Assembly (NCBI GenBank): GCA_038727135.1
Contig: JAVYWL010000001.1
Location: 1-64,000, forward strand
DNA: 64,000 bases
Source: Candidatus Bathyarchaeia archaeon
GTDB lineage: Archaea; Thermoproteota; Bathyarchaeia; Bathyarchaeales; Bathycorpusculaceae
Reading direction: 5' to 3'
The first letter of the stretch is position 1. Every line of letters starts with the position of its first letter. The translations under genes were made by a program, and so were the position numbers. The notes beneath the pieces were generated by a model. It saw only the letters and a program-made list of their open reading frames with translations, did no database searches and was not told where the DNA came from. Of the stretch, positions 8,872 through 19,795 are shown one piece after another.

Positions 8872-10104
8872 ATGAAAAGTGTTGCTGAACAAAAGACTTT
8901 AGCCTTAAACGGTGATGAGGCTGTCGCCTACGCTGTTAAACAGTCCGATGTAGACGTGGTTGCAGCTTATCCCATCACGCCTCAAACCATAATTGTTGAG
9001 AGGTTCAGCGAGTACGTAGCCAACGGCGAAGTTGAAACAGCCTTCGTCTGCACAGAGTCTGAGCACAGCGCCCTAACCGCTTGCCTTGCAGCCTCGCTTA
9101 CCGGAGCTAGAACCTTCACGGCTTCGGCTTCTGCTGGCTTGGCGCTCATGCATGAAATGCTCTTTGTGACTTCTGGTTGTCGTGCACCAGTGGTTATGGC
9201 GATAGCCAACAGAGCCCTCTCAGCGCCAATAAACATTCACGGAGACCAGTCCGACACGATGGCGCAAAGGGACAGCGGATGGATACAAATATACGCTGAA
9301 AACGCCCAAGAGGTTTACGACTCTGTTATTCAGGCTTTCCGCATAGCCGAACACCCAGAAGTGCTCTTACCAGCTATGGTCTGCCTCGATGGATTCCAGC
9401 TAAGCCACTCGGTAGAAAATGTTAATGTTCTTCCAGACGATGTTGTGAAAAAGTTTGTCGGTGTACGCCAATTTCCGTTAGTGCTGACTCATGAGGGGAA
9501 GCTGGCTCCGCTAAAATTGGACCCAGAAAACCCCATGACTATGGGACCTTTGGCTTTTCCAAATTACTATTTCGAGTTTAAGAGGCAGCAGGAGGAAGCC
9601 ATGAAAAACGCGCTTAGGGTTATCCGCGAAGTGCATGATGAATATGCGAAAATCAGTGGCAGAAGCTACGGCGACGGCTTGCTGGACCCATACTTTCTTG
9701 AGGATGCTGAAATAGCCATAGTCTGCCTAGGCTCAACAGCTGGGACAGTGAAAACCGTCGTTGACGAGTTGAGGGCTGAAGGCATTAAAGCTGGACTACT
9801 GCGAATGCGGACTTTCAGACCGCTGCCAGTTGACGGCATAAGAGAGGCTCTCAAACATGTTAAGGCGGTAGCTGTTATGGACAAGAGCATGAGTTTTGGA
9901 GGTTTCGGCGGCGCTGTTTTCCACGAAGTTCGCCATGCACTTTACGACTTGGACAAGAAGCCGCTCGTGGTGAACTACATTTACGGACTTGGCGGAAGGG
10001 ACACAAGCCCAATGCAAATTCGCGAAATATACAAGGACCTTCAAGAGATTGTGGCGAAAAAACGTGTTGAAACCCCCGTAAAATATGTTGGATTAAGGGA
10101 GTAG
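8872..10104 (+). CDS. porA: POR alpha subunit
   Basis: AAYPITPQT, ESEHSA, NRALSAPINIH, GLGGRD. Confidence 0.93.
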   Translation: MKSVAEQKTLALNGDEAVAYAVKQSDVDVVAAYPITPQTIIVERFSEYVANGEVETAFVCTESEHSALTACLAASLTGARTFTASASAGLALMHEMLFVTSGCRAPVVMAIANRALSAPINIHGDQSDTMAQRDSGWIQIYAENAQEVYDSVIQAFRIAEHPEVLLPAMVCLDGFQLSHSVENVNVLPDDVVKKFVGVRQFPLVLTHEGKLAPLKLDPENPMTMGPLAFPNYYFEFKRQQEEAMKNALRVIREVHDEYAKISGRSYGDGLLDPYFLEDAEIAIVCLGSTAGTVKTVVDELRAEGIKAGLLRMRTFRPLPVDGIREALKHVKAVAVMDKSMSFGGFGGAVFHEVRHALYDLDKKPLVVNYIYGLGGRDTSPMQIREIYKDLQEIVAKKRVETPVKYVGLRE

Positions 10105-10115
10105 GAGGCGAAAAT

Positions 10116-11078
10116 ATGCAGAGTGAATGGAAGTTTACGGCTAGAGACATAGTTGAAAAGCCAGACCTATTCATGTCTGGACACAGGGCGTGTGCTGGTT
10201 GTGCTCCGGCAACGGTTATGAGGCTTATAATGAAAGCCTTGAGGGGACCAACCATTGTGACGCAGGCTACTGGCTGCATGGAAGTTGTCTCAACAATTTA
10301 TCCCTACACTTCTTGGGGTGTTCCATGGCTTCACACAGCCTTTGAGAACGCGGCAGCAAACGCTTCTGGCATAGAAACCGCCATAAAGATGCTGAAGAAG
10401 AAGGGAAGAATCAAGTATGAGCATGTAGACATTATCGCGATAGCCGGTGACGGCGGCACCTACGACATAGGCATACAAGCCCTTTCCGGAGCGGTTGAAA
10501 GAGGACACGACTTCCTATTTGTGCTATACGATAATGAGGCGTACATGAACACCGGCATACAAAGAAGCGGCGGAACACCCCTAGGCGCATCCACAACCAC
10601 ATCACCAGCAGGCGAAGTTATACCAGGAAAGCTTGAGCCCAAAAAGCCAATAGCCGATATAATGGTGGCACATGAAATCCCATATGTGGCTACGGCGTCG
10701 CCCTACTATTGGCGGGACCTAATAACAAAAGTGCGGAAAGGCTTAGAGGTGGAGGGACCAGCCTTCCTCCATGTTTTCGCGCCATGTCCCCGCGGTTGGA
10801 GAAGCGACCCATCAAAATCCATAGAGCTTTCCCGCCTAGCGGTGGAAACATGTGTCTTTCCACTTTGGGAGTGTATAAACGGCGAATACCAACTTTCAGC
10901 ACCCAGCAAGGTCATAGCAATGGCTCCTCAAAAGAAAAAGCCAGTAAAAGAATATTTGGCGGTGCAAGGACGCTTTAGGCACTTGTTCACGCCAAAGTAC
11001 GAGAAACTACTGGACGAAATACAACGAATAACAGACCAGAGATGGCAAAAACTCCTCAAAAAATGCGGAATAGCTTAA
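10116..11078 (+). CDS. porB: POR beta subunit (TPP-binding)
   Basis: GHRACAGC, GDGG...DNEAYMNTG, PCPRGW. Confidence 0.93.
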   Translation: MQSEWKFTARDIVEKPDLFMSGHRACAGCAPATVMRLIMKALRGPTIVTQATGCMEVVSTIYPYTSWGVPWLHTAFENAAANASGIETAIKMLKKKGRIKYEHVDIIAIAGDGGTYDIGIQALSGAVERGHDFLFVLYDNEAYMNTGIQRSGGTPLGASTTTSPAGEVIPGKLEPKKPIADIMVAHEIPYVATASPYYWRDLITKVRKGLEVEGPAFLHVFAPCPRGWRSDPSKSIELSRLAVETCVFPLWECINGEYQLSAPSKVIAMAPQKKKPVKEYLAVQGRFRHLFTPKYEKLLDEIQRITDQRWQKLLKKCGIA

Positions 11079-11260
11079 TCCCAAAGTATAGGCACATTAA
11101 AATTACTATGCCCCCATTTTTCAAACATGTTTAGCGTTTAATACGCCACTTTTCTAACGACAAGTTTTTATTCAGCCTTGATTACGCCGTTGAAAATATG
11201 GTGCGCATAGGCTGTTCAATGCGAAAAGCAAGTGGCAGCACATAAGGGGGACAACGATTC

Positions 11261-12606
11261 ATGGCATACTCATCTATGGTTAGCTTGCTTGCCTTTGGCG
11301 CAACAATTCTCTTAACCTTTAAACAGCCTAGGATTAAGCTTCCATTCAAAAAGGTTTACCTGCACCTAGACTATGGCTTAGCTCCGGTCCTCTGCGTGAC
11401 TGTTCTTTTGGCAACATCCGTAATAGACGTTAACTTCATCGTGAGGGGTATCCTTGGCTGTGAAAACATAAAACCCTACTCAATAATAATCCTGATACTG
11501 TCCTTATCCTACATTTGCATTTCCTTGGATCTCACGGGACTGTTTGAATATGTTGCGTTGTATGTTGTCAAATTGGCTGGAAGTTCTGGCAAAAAGCTTT
11601 TTGTATATATTTTTCTACTCACGTCTTTTTTGACACTTTTCACTAGTAATGACGTTGTAATATTGACTATCACTCCGATAATTCTTTACATGTGCAGCAG
11701 CGTGGCATTATCGCCCATCCCCTTCTTATTCGCCGAGTTTTTCGCAGCTAACATTTCTGGCATGGGGCTTTATGTGGGGAACCCCACCAACATAGTTATC
11801 GCAGACGCTTATGGGATTTCTTTCGCCGAATTCGCCAGATGGATGCTTCTTCCGGCAATTTTAGCCATGGTTACATGTCTTTTCATGCTTTGGCTAGTCT
11901 TCCGTCGAAAGGTGCCAAACGAAATTAAAATTCCTCAAGTTGATCCGCGGCGAGCCCTGAAGGATAGGAGTGGCGCCATATTCGGGTTGATTGTGCTTGG
12001 GGGCGCCATTTTCTTCATGAGTTTGCCGTCAGCGTGGATTGGTGTCCAACCTTGGATGATCACTATAACATCCGCATTTATAATGTTACTTCGGGATATA
12101 CTTCTAGCTCGTTCAAACATTTTTACCATTTTAAGGAGGATGCCTTGGAAGATCGCACCTTTCCTAGTCGGACTGTTTGTTATAGTTGAAAGTTTGGCAT
12201 CTTCAGGCTGGACGAACTTACTTGCTTTCAGTTTTCAAAGGTTTCCACAAGTGTTGCGGCTACGGTGTTTAGTGTGGGTTATTTGTCGTCGCTCACCGCC
12301 GGTTTAATGAACAACCACCCCATGACAATATTCTTCGTTAAAACTCTGCAGAGCCCATCCTTTTCAGCCCCTCTCGCTGCTAAGTTTGGTTCAATGTTGG
12401 CGCTGGTGGTTGGAAGTAACCTCGGAGCTAACTTTATGCTGACTGGGGCGCTTGCCGGGCTGATGTGGGCAAAAATTCTCTCAAGTAAGGGGCATTCGAT
12501 TTCATTCTCAGAATTCTCTAAATATGGCTTTCTAGTGATGCCAATTGTTGTCGCTGTAGCATGCTTTACGCTTGTTGGCATGTTAACTTTTTCAAGTATG
12601 ATTTAG
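11261..12606 (+). pseudogene. ArsB/NhaD (IT superfamily) transporter, frameshifted near 12226-12230
   Basis: TSNDVVIL and GNPTN in ORF1; NNHPM, GSNLG and GALAGLMW in ORF2. One extra T in GCTTTCAG joins the frames. Confidence 0.75.
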
Positions 12607-12609
12607 ATG

Positions 12610-14490
12610 CTAAACGGCGTTTTTAAGGAATTTTTCTATCTCCTTTTCTGCGTTGTCTGCTTTTATGAATATGGGCACGTTTTCTATGCCTGTAGCTATG
12701 TAGCTTGAAAGGAGCCACTCACCCGGCGCAAACTCCAATGTTTTTTCGAGTATGCCTTTGTCTATCATGAAGGTGTCGCTTATCAAGGCGCGGTCGTATG
12801 GGCGGGGCAGCGTACCAACAAAATACGTGTGGAGCTGTTGTAGGGCATTGGTGTTCAGGTAGGCTATGCGTTGTGTGGCTATACAAACGCCTAAACCATA
12901 TTTTCGTCCTTGTCTGAGGAGGGTTTCCACTTGTTTGCTGCATTTCTTTTCTATGCCCGCTGCGCCAGAAAGCTCCGGTATAAACTCTTGGGCTTCATCA
13001 AAGACTAGGAGGATGTAGGGCTTCACTTGGAACATGCGTTTTCTTCTGATAAGCAAGTCGTGGGTTAAAGTTATGACAAGTTCTTTTATTGTTGTTGGGT
13101 CTGATATGGAAATGCACACGAGCCGTGTGTCGCCTTCTAAAAGTTCCCGTATTCTTTCGGCTGTTAGCCCGCCCGTCTCCTTTTTCATTTCTTCTTGGCG
13201 TTTCCTTATCTGATCAAGGATAGTGGTTCTTGTTGTTGCCCAAGCGTACAATGCGCTTTTGTCATGAACTCTAAACTCTTCCATTGTTGCTATACAGATG
13301 CCATCTATGTATTTGACGAAGTCTTCGCCCACCTCTTGGTTTTCACTGAGCCCATGCGTCTCCATGTAGTCAAGTATGGCGTCGTGGATTCTGTCTATGG
13401 CGTTTAAATAATGGGGTTTGTCCGTGTTGCTTTTCCGTTGGTCGCTTAACTCTTCCAAGAACTGGGCGTATGTTGGGATTTTCTGTTTCGGCCTAGTGTA
13501 AAATGCCACTTTGTCCTGTTCCATTATGCATTTGAGTCCAAACTTTATTCTTTCGTCAGCCTCATACTCCCTTGGTTTGACAACGGAGTTGAAGAACTGT
13601 TCAATGGAGTCTATCCTATGTTCGAGGATAACCTTCGATGGAATCTTCTCGTCCGCCAGAAGGTCCAGAAGTAGGAATATGTATTCACAGCTTATGTCAA
13701 AAACCACGACCTTTACATCGTTTGTATGGAGCAAAATTCGCCTCAAAATGTTTGACATCAGGTTGCTTTTTCCGCCACCTGTGAAGGCGAAAACTCCAAA
13801 ATGATATCGGACAAGCTTCTCAAAATCCACATATATGGGTATGACCGTGCTGCTTGTCTGAAACATTTTTACAATGCCGAGCCTAGGGTCAAGCCTTGCG
13901 TCCTCCACAGTTTTTGATGGGTCTACGCCGAGCTTTTCGGTTATTTTTTGGTTGTACATGCGGTTTATCATTTCACTGTTTAGGATGTAAACTGGACTGC
14001 CCACCACCGGGTAGGAAAAGCCCTTAACAAACTTGTAGTCAAAGTTTTCGCCTATAATCAAGTCATAGTTTATGGGTATGGCGTCTATCTGAATCATCAT
14101 TGTTGAGCGGTCGTCTGTCTGCCAATCTGCCTCCGACTGTTCAATTATTTCGAACTGCATTGGGTAATAGCCATGATCCGACAAGCCCCTTAAACCGAAG
14201 TGTTCCGGCCAGACGCGGCTTATCTCCATAAGTGTGTAGCGTTCCTCACCCAGAAGCGTCTGCTTAAAGTTTTTTACGGCTAGAAGCATGCCCTCCTCAA
14301 GCAGTCCCATTAGGTCTTTTTGGTATTCCACTTTTATGCGGCAGCTGTAGCGGGCGCTTGTGCCCGCCAGTTTGGACTCTTCTGCTCCTCCGAAGAAGCG
14401 GGGCATGACGGCGGCTAGTCTAGCCCTAAACTTTCCGTCAAAATCTGTGAAGCATAGGCTGTTAAATTTGTTCTCTCCTTGCGGCTTCAA
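12610..14490 (-). CDS. herA: HerA/FtsK-family ATPase (DUF87)
   Basis: HFGVFAFTGGGKS, VFDEAQ, RQGRKYG, ATQR. Confidence 0.85.
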   Translation of the reverse strand: MKPQGENKFNSLCFTDFDGKFRARLAAVMPRFFGGAEESKLAGTSARYSCRIKVEYQKDLMGLLEEGMLLAVKNFKQTLLGEERYTLMEISRVWPEHFGLRGLSDHGYYPMQFEIIEQSEADWQTDDRSTMMIQIDAIPINYDLIIGENFDYKFVKGFSYPVVGSPVYILNSEMINRMYNQKITEKLGVDPSKTVEDARLDPRLGIVKMFQTSSTVIPIYVDFEKLVRYHFGVFAFTGGGKSNLMSNILRRILLHTNDVKVVVFDISCEYIFLLLDLLADEKIPSKVILEHRIDSIEQFFNSVVKPREYEADERIKFGLKCIMEQDKVAFYTRPKQKIPTYAQFLEELSDQRKSNTDKPHYLNAIDRIHDAILDYMETHGLSENQEVGEDFVKYIDGICIATMEEFRVHDKSALYAWATTRTTILDQIRKRQEEMKKETGGLTAERIRELLEGDTRLVCISISDPTTIKELVITLTHDLLIRRKRMFQVKPYILLVFDEAQEFIPELSGAAGIEKKCSKQVETLLRQGRKYGLGVCIATQRIAYLNTNALQQLHTYFVGTLPRPYDRALISDTFMIDKGILEKTLEFAPGEWLLSSYIATGIENVPIFIKADNAEKEIEKFLKNAV

Positions 14491-16369
14491 TGGCTGTTCT
14501 CCTCTCCCTAAAGGTGCTCATATAGAATATGAACTTTCTCAATTTATGGTTATTGAGGATCCACTCGGCTGTTGTGTCAACAACACGCTTGAATTGGCTA
14601 TAATTCCACTTGGCAATTTTATCCGCAATAAACAGTGGTGTGTTGTGTCCGAAAGCCTCTGGAATGTTTGATGGCGCCATAGCCACCAAAACGTTCATGA
14701 CGAGATTTTGTAGCTTGTTAGGCACGTTCTTGTCTATGTAGAGGATCACTTCTACGGGCTCTTTTGTTCCGTCGCTTAACTCGTTCCAAAACTCCACAAT
14801 CGTTTCGGGCTTATAATCGTATTCCGGATAGACGAGGCGATCAACAAGGAGGACGTTGCTTCTAAGCATAGGGTCTGTTTTGGCTTGGCTCAGCTGCACG
14901 TAGGTTTTTAGGAAGGCTTTTTCTAGACCTATTTTGTTTTTTATGGCGCCTGAAACGTAGCCTTTTCTGTTTTGTTTGTCTGGCACCATTGTTCTGAAGG
15001 CTGAATCATACTCTATTAGGCTCCATGGTGGCGTTATTTTGTCGGCGTTTAGGATGCTTGCTGATTGGAGGATCATGCGGTCTGTGTTGGGTAGTTTTTC
15101 CAGCTCTTCTCTTGCGATGTTTGTGTTTAGTAGGTCGTTGTTGCCCATTATTGGGATTAGTTGGCGTTTGAAGTCTCTTGCCGCCGTGTCTTTTGTTACG
15201 CCTATTAGGAGTATGTGCCTATTCCAGCATTCTTCCATCAACATGTGCAGCGTGAAAAGCGTTAAGAAGGCGATGTCTAGGGTTGTGAGCCAGTGTTCCT
15301 TTCCGTCTTTAACTATTTTCATCAGATTGGCTGTTTCCAGATTTTCTGTGAAGAAGAATCTATCGCCTATGCTTGTTACAAGCTTTTTAACGCGTTCCCA
15401 TGTTCGCGAGTATTTATGGTTCAGCGTGTAAACTTCATTTTTCTCGTTTAGGAAGCCCTTTTTTATTAGGGTTTTGAGGCTTCGCTCTACTCGCTTCGTT
15501 CTTTTTTCGTCTGTTATGTTGAGTTCGGCTAGTATTTGCCTCTTTGACAGCGCGCCTTTACGCTTTAAAAGGTCTATTATGGCATAGCGTAGGTAGTCTG
15601 CTCTTGGCGGCGGCAAACCCGATTGCTCGTTGCAGACGAAGTGCCTAGCCATTGTTAGTTCGTTTATGTCTATGGGTTCTCCGTCTATCTTGTAGCCTAG
15701 GATGTTGCTTTTTGCTTCCCATAGAGCGCGTTTCGAAGTGTCGTATAGGAGGCTTGCGCGCTCTATTGATAGGCTTCTGTCCATTAGGATTATTCGAAAA
15801 TTTTGTTCATTGTCTGTGGCGAGCTTGTAAGCCAAATAGTATTCGGCGAAGGTCATTATCCAGTTAGCCACAGTCGCATTGTTTATTATAGACTCTTCTG
15901 TTAGCGGTTTTCTAAGGCTAACCTCGTCTGGTTGCGAAGCCTCAAAAAATGTTTGGTCCACGTCTGGGATCTCGTTCACGTAGATTGGCACCACGCTTGA
16001 TATGCCGGCGCCATGCCTAGCTGTCCGCTCGTCATACTTGACTGTTGGTGGTTTATCCTCGTGAAAGGTTATTGTTCCTGTTGAGGCGTAGGCTCCTCCG
16101 AAGAAGACTACTAGATCGAAGAGGGGTTTCGAGTACATGGTTCCATCTATACCAGCGAAGCGGACGGACATGGCGCCGAAGAATTCTTTTGCCGTTTGGC
16201 AAGCTTCTTTTGTGGGGAAATCTGTTTTTATTAGGTTTGAGAGGAGGCTTTGGTAAAAGGCTCTTAGGGATGAGAAGCGCTTTTCATAGTCTAAAACTTG
16301 CATTGTGGCTCCATGTTTTAATATATTGCATGTTCGCCTAACAGCGTCGCTCAACGGGGAAAGCTGCAC
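14462..16369 (-). CDS. nurA: NurA-family nuclease with inserted wHTH
   Basis: AGIDGT, LMDRSL, GVTKD, GHNTPLFIADKIAK; adjacent to herA. Confidence 0.7.
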   Translation of the reverse strand: MQLSPLSDAVRRTCNILKHGATMQVLDYEKRFSSLRAFYQSLLSNLIKTDFPTKEACQTAKEFFGAMSVRFAGIDGTMYSKPLFDLVVFFGGAYASTGTITFHEDKPPTVKYDERTARHGAGISSVVPIYVNEIPDVDQTFFEASQPDEVSLRKPLTEESIINNATVANWIMTFAEYYLAYKLATDNEQNFRIILMDRSLSIERASLLYDTSKRALWEAKSNILGYKIDGEPIDINELTMARHFVCNEQSGLPPPRADYLRYAIIDLLKRKGALSKRQILAELNITDEKRTKRVERSLKTLIKKGFLNEKNEVYTLNHKYSRTWERVKKLVTSIGDRFFFTENLETANLMKIVKDGKEHWLTTLDIAFLTLFTLHMLMEECWNRHILLIGVTKDTAARDFKRQLIPIMGNNDLLNTNIAREELEKLPNTDRMILQSASILNADKITPPWSLIEYDSAFRTMVPDKQNRKGYVSGAIKNKIGLEKAFLKTYVQLSQAKTDPMLRSNVLLVDRLVYPEYDYKPETIVEFWNELSDGTKEPVEVILYIDKNVPNKLQNLVMNVLVAMAPSNIPEAFGHNTPLFIADKIAKWNYSQFKRVVDTTAEWILNNHKLRKFIFYMSTFRERRTAIEAARREQI

Positions 16370-16466
16370 GCAATCACCAATCTCAAGATTTAGAGGTTTC
16401 TGGTAAAAACATTTTTAGGGCTGGAAAAACCGATAGCTCTATGGAGATATTTTGTTAAACTCCCAC

Positions 16467-16528
16467 CACAACTATGGTTGTGTTTAATGTTTCGAAATCT
16501 TGAAGGCTAATAGATACCTTAATATATC
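16467..16528 (+). promoter_or_regulatory. Palindromic site plus TATA box upstream of aor
   Basis: CACAAC-TATG-GTTGTG at 16467-16482; CTTAATATATC at 16518-16528. Confidence 0.4.
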
Positions 16529-16588
16529 AACTTCATAGAGTTATTTAATTCTCATTAGAGGTAACTGAGGTTTGGAGGAAAGGTTGCG

Positions 16589-18451
16589 TTGTACGGCTAT
16601 GCTGGAAGAATTCTCCACGTGGACTTAACAACTGGAAAAACACGCACGGAGCCATTAAACGAGGATTATGCCAAAAAATACATTGGCGGAATAGGTCTAG
16701 GAATGCGCCTATGGCTTGACAATTCTAAGGCCGGGGTTGACCCCTTCAGCCCAGAAAACCCGCTTGTCCTCGCGACAGGCCCAACTTCTGGCACCATTTG
16801 GCCAACTGGTGGTAATGGCCACGCTTTCGTTTCTAAGTCTCCGCAGAGTTATGGCATAGCTGAAGCGAAGTCCCATGGAAGTTTCGGCACAGAGCTGAAG
16901 AGGGCTGGTTATGATGCTGTCATTTTCCATGGAAAGGCTGAAAAGCCCGTCTACGTCTGGATTGACGACGACTCCGTTCAGCTTTTGGACGCTTCCCATT
17001 TGTGGGGGAAGTCGCCGGCTGAGACAGAGGACATGATTAAGGAGGAGCTGGGCGACTACTACATTCGAGTGGCCGCCATCGGTCCGGCTGGAGAGAAGCT
17101 TGTGCGGATAGCATGCATAATTAACGAGAAGTCGAGGGCTGCTGGCAGATGCGGACTCGGCGCTGTTATGGGTTCAAAGAATTTGAAGGCAATTGCTGTT
17201 CGAGGAACCCATGACGTGACAGTGGCAAAGCCGGACGAGTTTCTTGAATTTGTTAAGGAGTTCCATGAAAGGATGAAGGGGCCGGCCACAAAGAAGTATA
17301 GGACTTTGGGCACACCAGAAAACGTTCTGGTGCACAATGCTTTGCATTGTATGCCAACTCGGAACTACAATAATGCGCATTTTGAGGCTGCGGAGAAGGT
17401 TAGCGGCGAATACTTGAACGAGAGGTATGTCGCCAAAATCATTGGCTGCAGCTCCTGCGCCATGAGATGCGAACACGTGTGCGTTGTCACCGAAGGCCCC
17501 TACAAGGGGGCTATGGCTAGGATTGAATATGAGCCTTTGTGGGCTATGGGTCCCTACTGTGGTGTTGACCGCCTTGACGCCATTATTAAGGGCAGCGAGC
17601 TCTGTAACTATTATGGTATAGACTCCATCAGTGCCGGTGTGATTGTTGGTTTTGCCATGGACTGTTTTGAAAACGGCATATTAACCGCCAAGGACATGGA
17701 CGGCATTGAGGCCCGTTTCGGCAACCACGAGGCATTAGTGAGGCTTATTGAGAAAATTGGCAAACGTGAGGGGATAGGCAACATTCTGGCTGAAGGCGTC
17801 AAGTTCGCCGCTGAGAAAATTGGCAAAGGCGCTGAGAAGCTTGCCCAACATATAAAAGGCGTTGAGGTCACTGGCTATGACTTGAGATGCCTTAAGACGG
17901 CAGCTTTGGGCTTTGCTGTTTCCTTCCGTGGGGCTGACCACAACAGGCACGGGGCCTACGCCTTCGACGTTAAGGGCAAGTTTAATAGGCTGAAGTACGA
18001 GAAGGGAAGGGCGAAGGCTGTGAAAGACATCGAAGACGTTTACACAATAATTGACTCGTTGATGATCTGCAAGTTCTCCAGAGGCACATACTACAAGGAG
18101 TTTGAGGACTTGGCTAAGCTTTACACCCTTGTTACCGGCTTTGAGACTACGCCTGAAGAGATGCGCTTGAAGGGCGAACGCATAAACAACCTCGCCAGAG
18201 TCATAAATGTCCGAGAAGGCTTAGGCAGGAAGGACGACACGCTTCCATGGAAGGTTATGAATGTGCCAATTCCTGATGAGGGTCCATCTAAGGGCGCCTA
18301 TGTGACGCAGGAGGAACTTGAAATGATGTTAGACGACTACTATGAGGCGCGTGGTTGGACGAGGGACGGCATACCAACCCCTGAGAAGCTTAAGGCTTTG
18401 GGCATGGACGACCTAATCCCAATCGTGGAGGTTAAAATCCGAAAAGCCTAG
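16589..18451 (+). CDS. aor: Tungsten-containing aldehyde:ferredoxin oxidoreductase
   Basis: MYGYAGRIL, RAAGRCGLGAVMGSKNLKA, CSSCAMRC, EYE, YYEARGW. Confidence 0.93.
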   Translation: MYGYAGRILHVDLTTGKTRTEPLNEDYAKKYIGGIGLGMRLWLDNSKAGVDPFSPENPLVLATGPTSGTIWPTGGNGHAFVSKSPQSYGIAEAKSHGSFGTELKRAGYDAVIFHGKAEKPVYVWIDDDSVQLLDASHLWGKSPAETEDMIKEELGDYYIRVAAIGPAGEKLVRIACIINEKSRAAGRCGLGAVMGSKNLKAIAVRGTHDVTVAKPDEFLEFVKEFHERMKGPATKKYRTLGTPENVLVHNALHCMPTRNYNNAHFEAAEKVSGEYLNERYVAKIIGCSSCAMRCEHVCVVTEGPYKGAMARIEYEPLWAMGPYCGVDRLDAIIKGSELCNYYGIDSISAGVIVGFAMDCFENGILTAKDMDGIEARFGNHEALVRLIEKIGKREGIGNILAEGVKFAAEKIGKGAEKLAQHIKGVEVTGYDLRCLKTAALGFAVSFRGADHNRHGAYAFDVKGKFNRLKYEKGRAKAVKDIEDVYTIIDSLMICKFSRGTYYKEFEDLAKLYTLVTGFETTPEEMRLKGERINNLARVINVREGLGRKDDTLPWKVMNVPIPDEGPSKGAYVTQEELEMMLDDYYEARGWTRDGIPTPEKLKALGMDDLIPIVEVKIRKA

Positions 18452-18470
18452 CAGAATGGAGGCATGGTGA

Positions 18471-18980
18471 ATGGTTAAGATTCATGAGAGAAAATTTGTT
18501 TCAGCCGATCCTGACAAATGTGTTGGCTGCCAGGTCTGCGAGTACATTTGCGCTTGGACTAAGGAGAAGGCTTTCAACCCGTTGAAGTCTAGAATTAGGG
18601 TTGTTAGGCTTAACCCGCTGGTGAACATTTCAATTACTTGTAGGCTTTGTGAGGACCCACCTTGTGTTGCCGCTTGCCCTAGGGACGCTTTGACCCAGTC
18701 TGAGGAGAATGGCACAATAATTGTGGATGAGGATAAGTGTAATGGCTGCGGATGGTGCATTGAGGCTTGTGATTATGGGGCGGTTTCGCTTCATCCCGAA
18801 AAGAAGGTGGTTTTTGTCTGCGACTTGTGCAAGGACAAGCCTGACGGCCCTCAATGTGTTAAGTGGTGTCCAGAGGAAGCCTTAGACCTTGTAACGGCTG
18901 ATGTTTTGGCTCAGAAAGCCCGTATAACGGCTACTAAGAAGCTTTTCCAAGAAGCCTTGAAAGTGGCTCCGCCGGCTTAA
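18471..18980 (+). CDS. 4x[4Fe-4S] electron-transfer subunit of AOR
   Basis: CVGCQVC, CRLCEDPPC, CNGCGWC, CDLC...CP. Confidence 0.9.
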   Translation: MVKIHERKFVSADPDKCVGCQVCEYICAWTKEKAFNPLKSRIRVVRLNPLVNISITCRLCEDPPCVAACPRDALTQSEENGTIIVDEDKCNGCGWCIEACDYGAVSLHPEKKVVFVCDLCKDKPDGPQCVKWCPEEALDLVTADVLAQKARITATKKLFQEALKVAPPA

Positions 18981-19102
18981 ACCATCCACCCTTTTTATTC
19001 TTTTATGGTTCATTTTTTGGGGGCTATTGAAGGGTTAGTCTTATTAGCTGCTTTGTTATTATTTTGTATTGTCTGATTTGGATTCTGAGTTTGTGGTTTG
19101 CT

Positions 19103-19384
19103 ATGGCGGGGTATGGAGGGGGAAGGCGTAGGCGGAGTCGGGTTGAAGTTATTGTTGAGATTTTGAGTGAGGCTCTTAATGGTTCTAATAAGACTAGGCT
19201 TATGTATCGTTGTAATTTGAATTTTGGGCGTTTTAACCGTTATTTGAAGGAGTTGTTGGATGCTGGCTTGTTGGAGTGTGTGGCTGCCAATCCGGAGGCG
19301 GGGCTGGTTTTGTATAGGACTACGGATAAGGGACGGGAGCTTCTGAAAATTTTGCAGAAGGCTGGAGAATTCCTATCTGTTTAG
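19103..19384 (+). CDS. Archaeal winged-HTH regulator
   Basis: RRSRVEVIVEIL, KTRLMYRCNLN, YRTTDKG. Confidence 0.85.
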   Translation: MAGYGGGRRRRSRVEVIVEILSEALNGSNKTRLMYRCNLNFGRFNRYLKELLDAGLLECVAANPEAGLVLYRTTDKGRELLKILQKAGEFLSV

Positions 19385-19390
19385 CCTATT

Positions 19391-19795
19391 TTAGTGGATT
19401 TTGTTTATTGCTATTTCGTTTAGTTTTTTGTTTATTCGGATTTCTAGTTCTAGGCTTGTGTCTGTTAGGTTTGTTATGCGGGTGCATTGGATTATTAGGC
19501 TTTTTTGGGGTGGAATTATTATGGTGCCTATGGCTGTGGCTGCTGTTGCTGTTTCTTGCTGTGCCTGCGCTGTGTTTGGTGTTTCTTTTTGGTTTATTAT
19601 TAGGGTTTTCCAGTTTTGGTTTAGTTTTATCTGGTTTGTTGTGGGGTTGTGTTGAATCATGTCCGCTTCTGTTAGGAACTCCACTATTTTTTGGGCTTTT
19701 TCTGGTGGGATTTGGAGGGTTTCCGCCACTTCTTTTATATTGTGCCATAAGTCGTCGTTTAGTAAAGCCAACAGTTTTTCCAGTTTTGTTGACAA
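19391..19795 (-). CDS. wHTH-containing hypothetical protein
   Basis: DLWHNIKEVAETLQIPPEKAQKIVEFLTEADMI. Confidence 0.65.
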   Translation of the reverse strand: MSTKLEKLLALLNDDLWHNIKEVAETLQIPPEKAQKIVEFLTEADMIQHNPTTNQIKLNQNWKTLIINQKETPNTAQAQQETATAATAIGTIIIPPQKSLIIQCTRITNLTDTSLELEIRINKKLNEIAINKIH

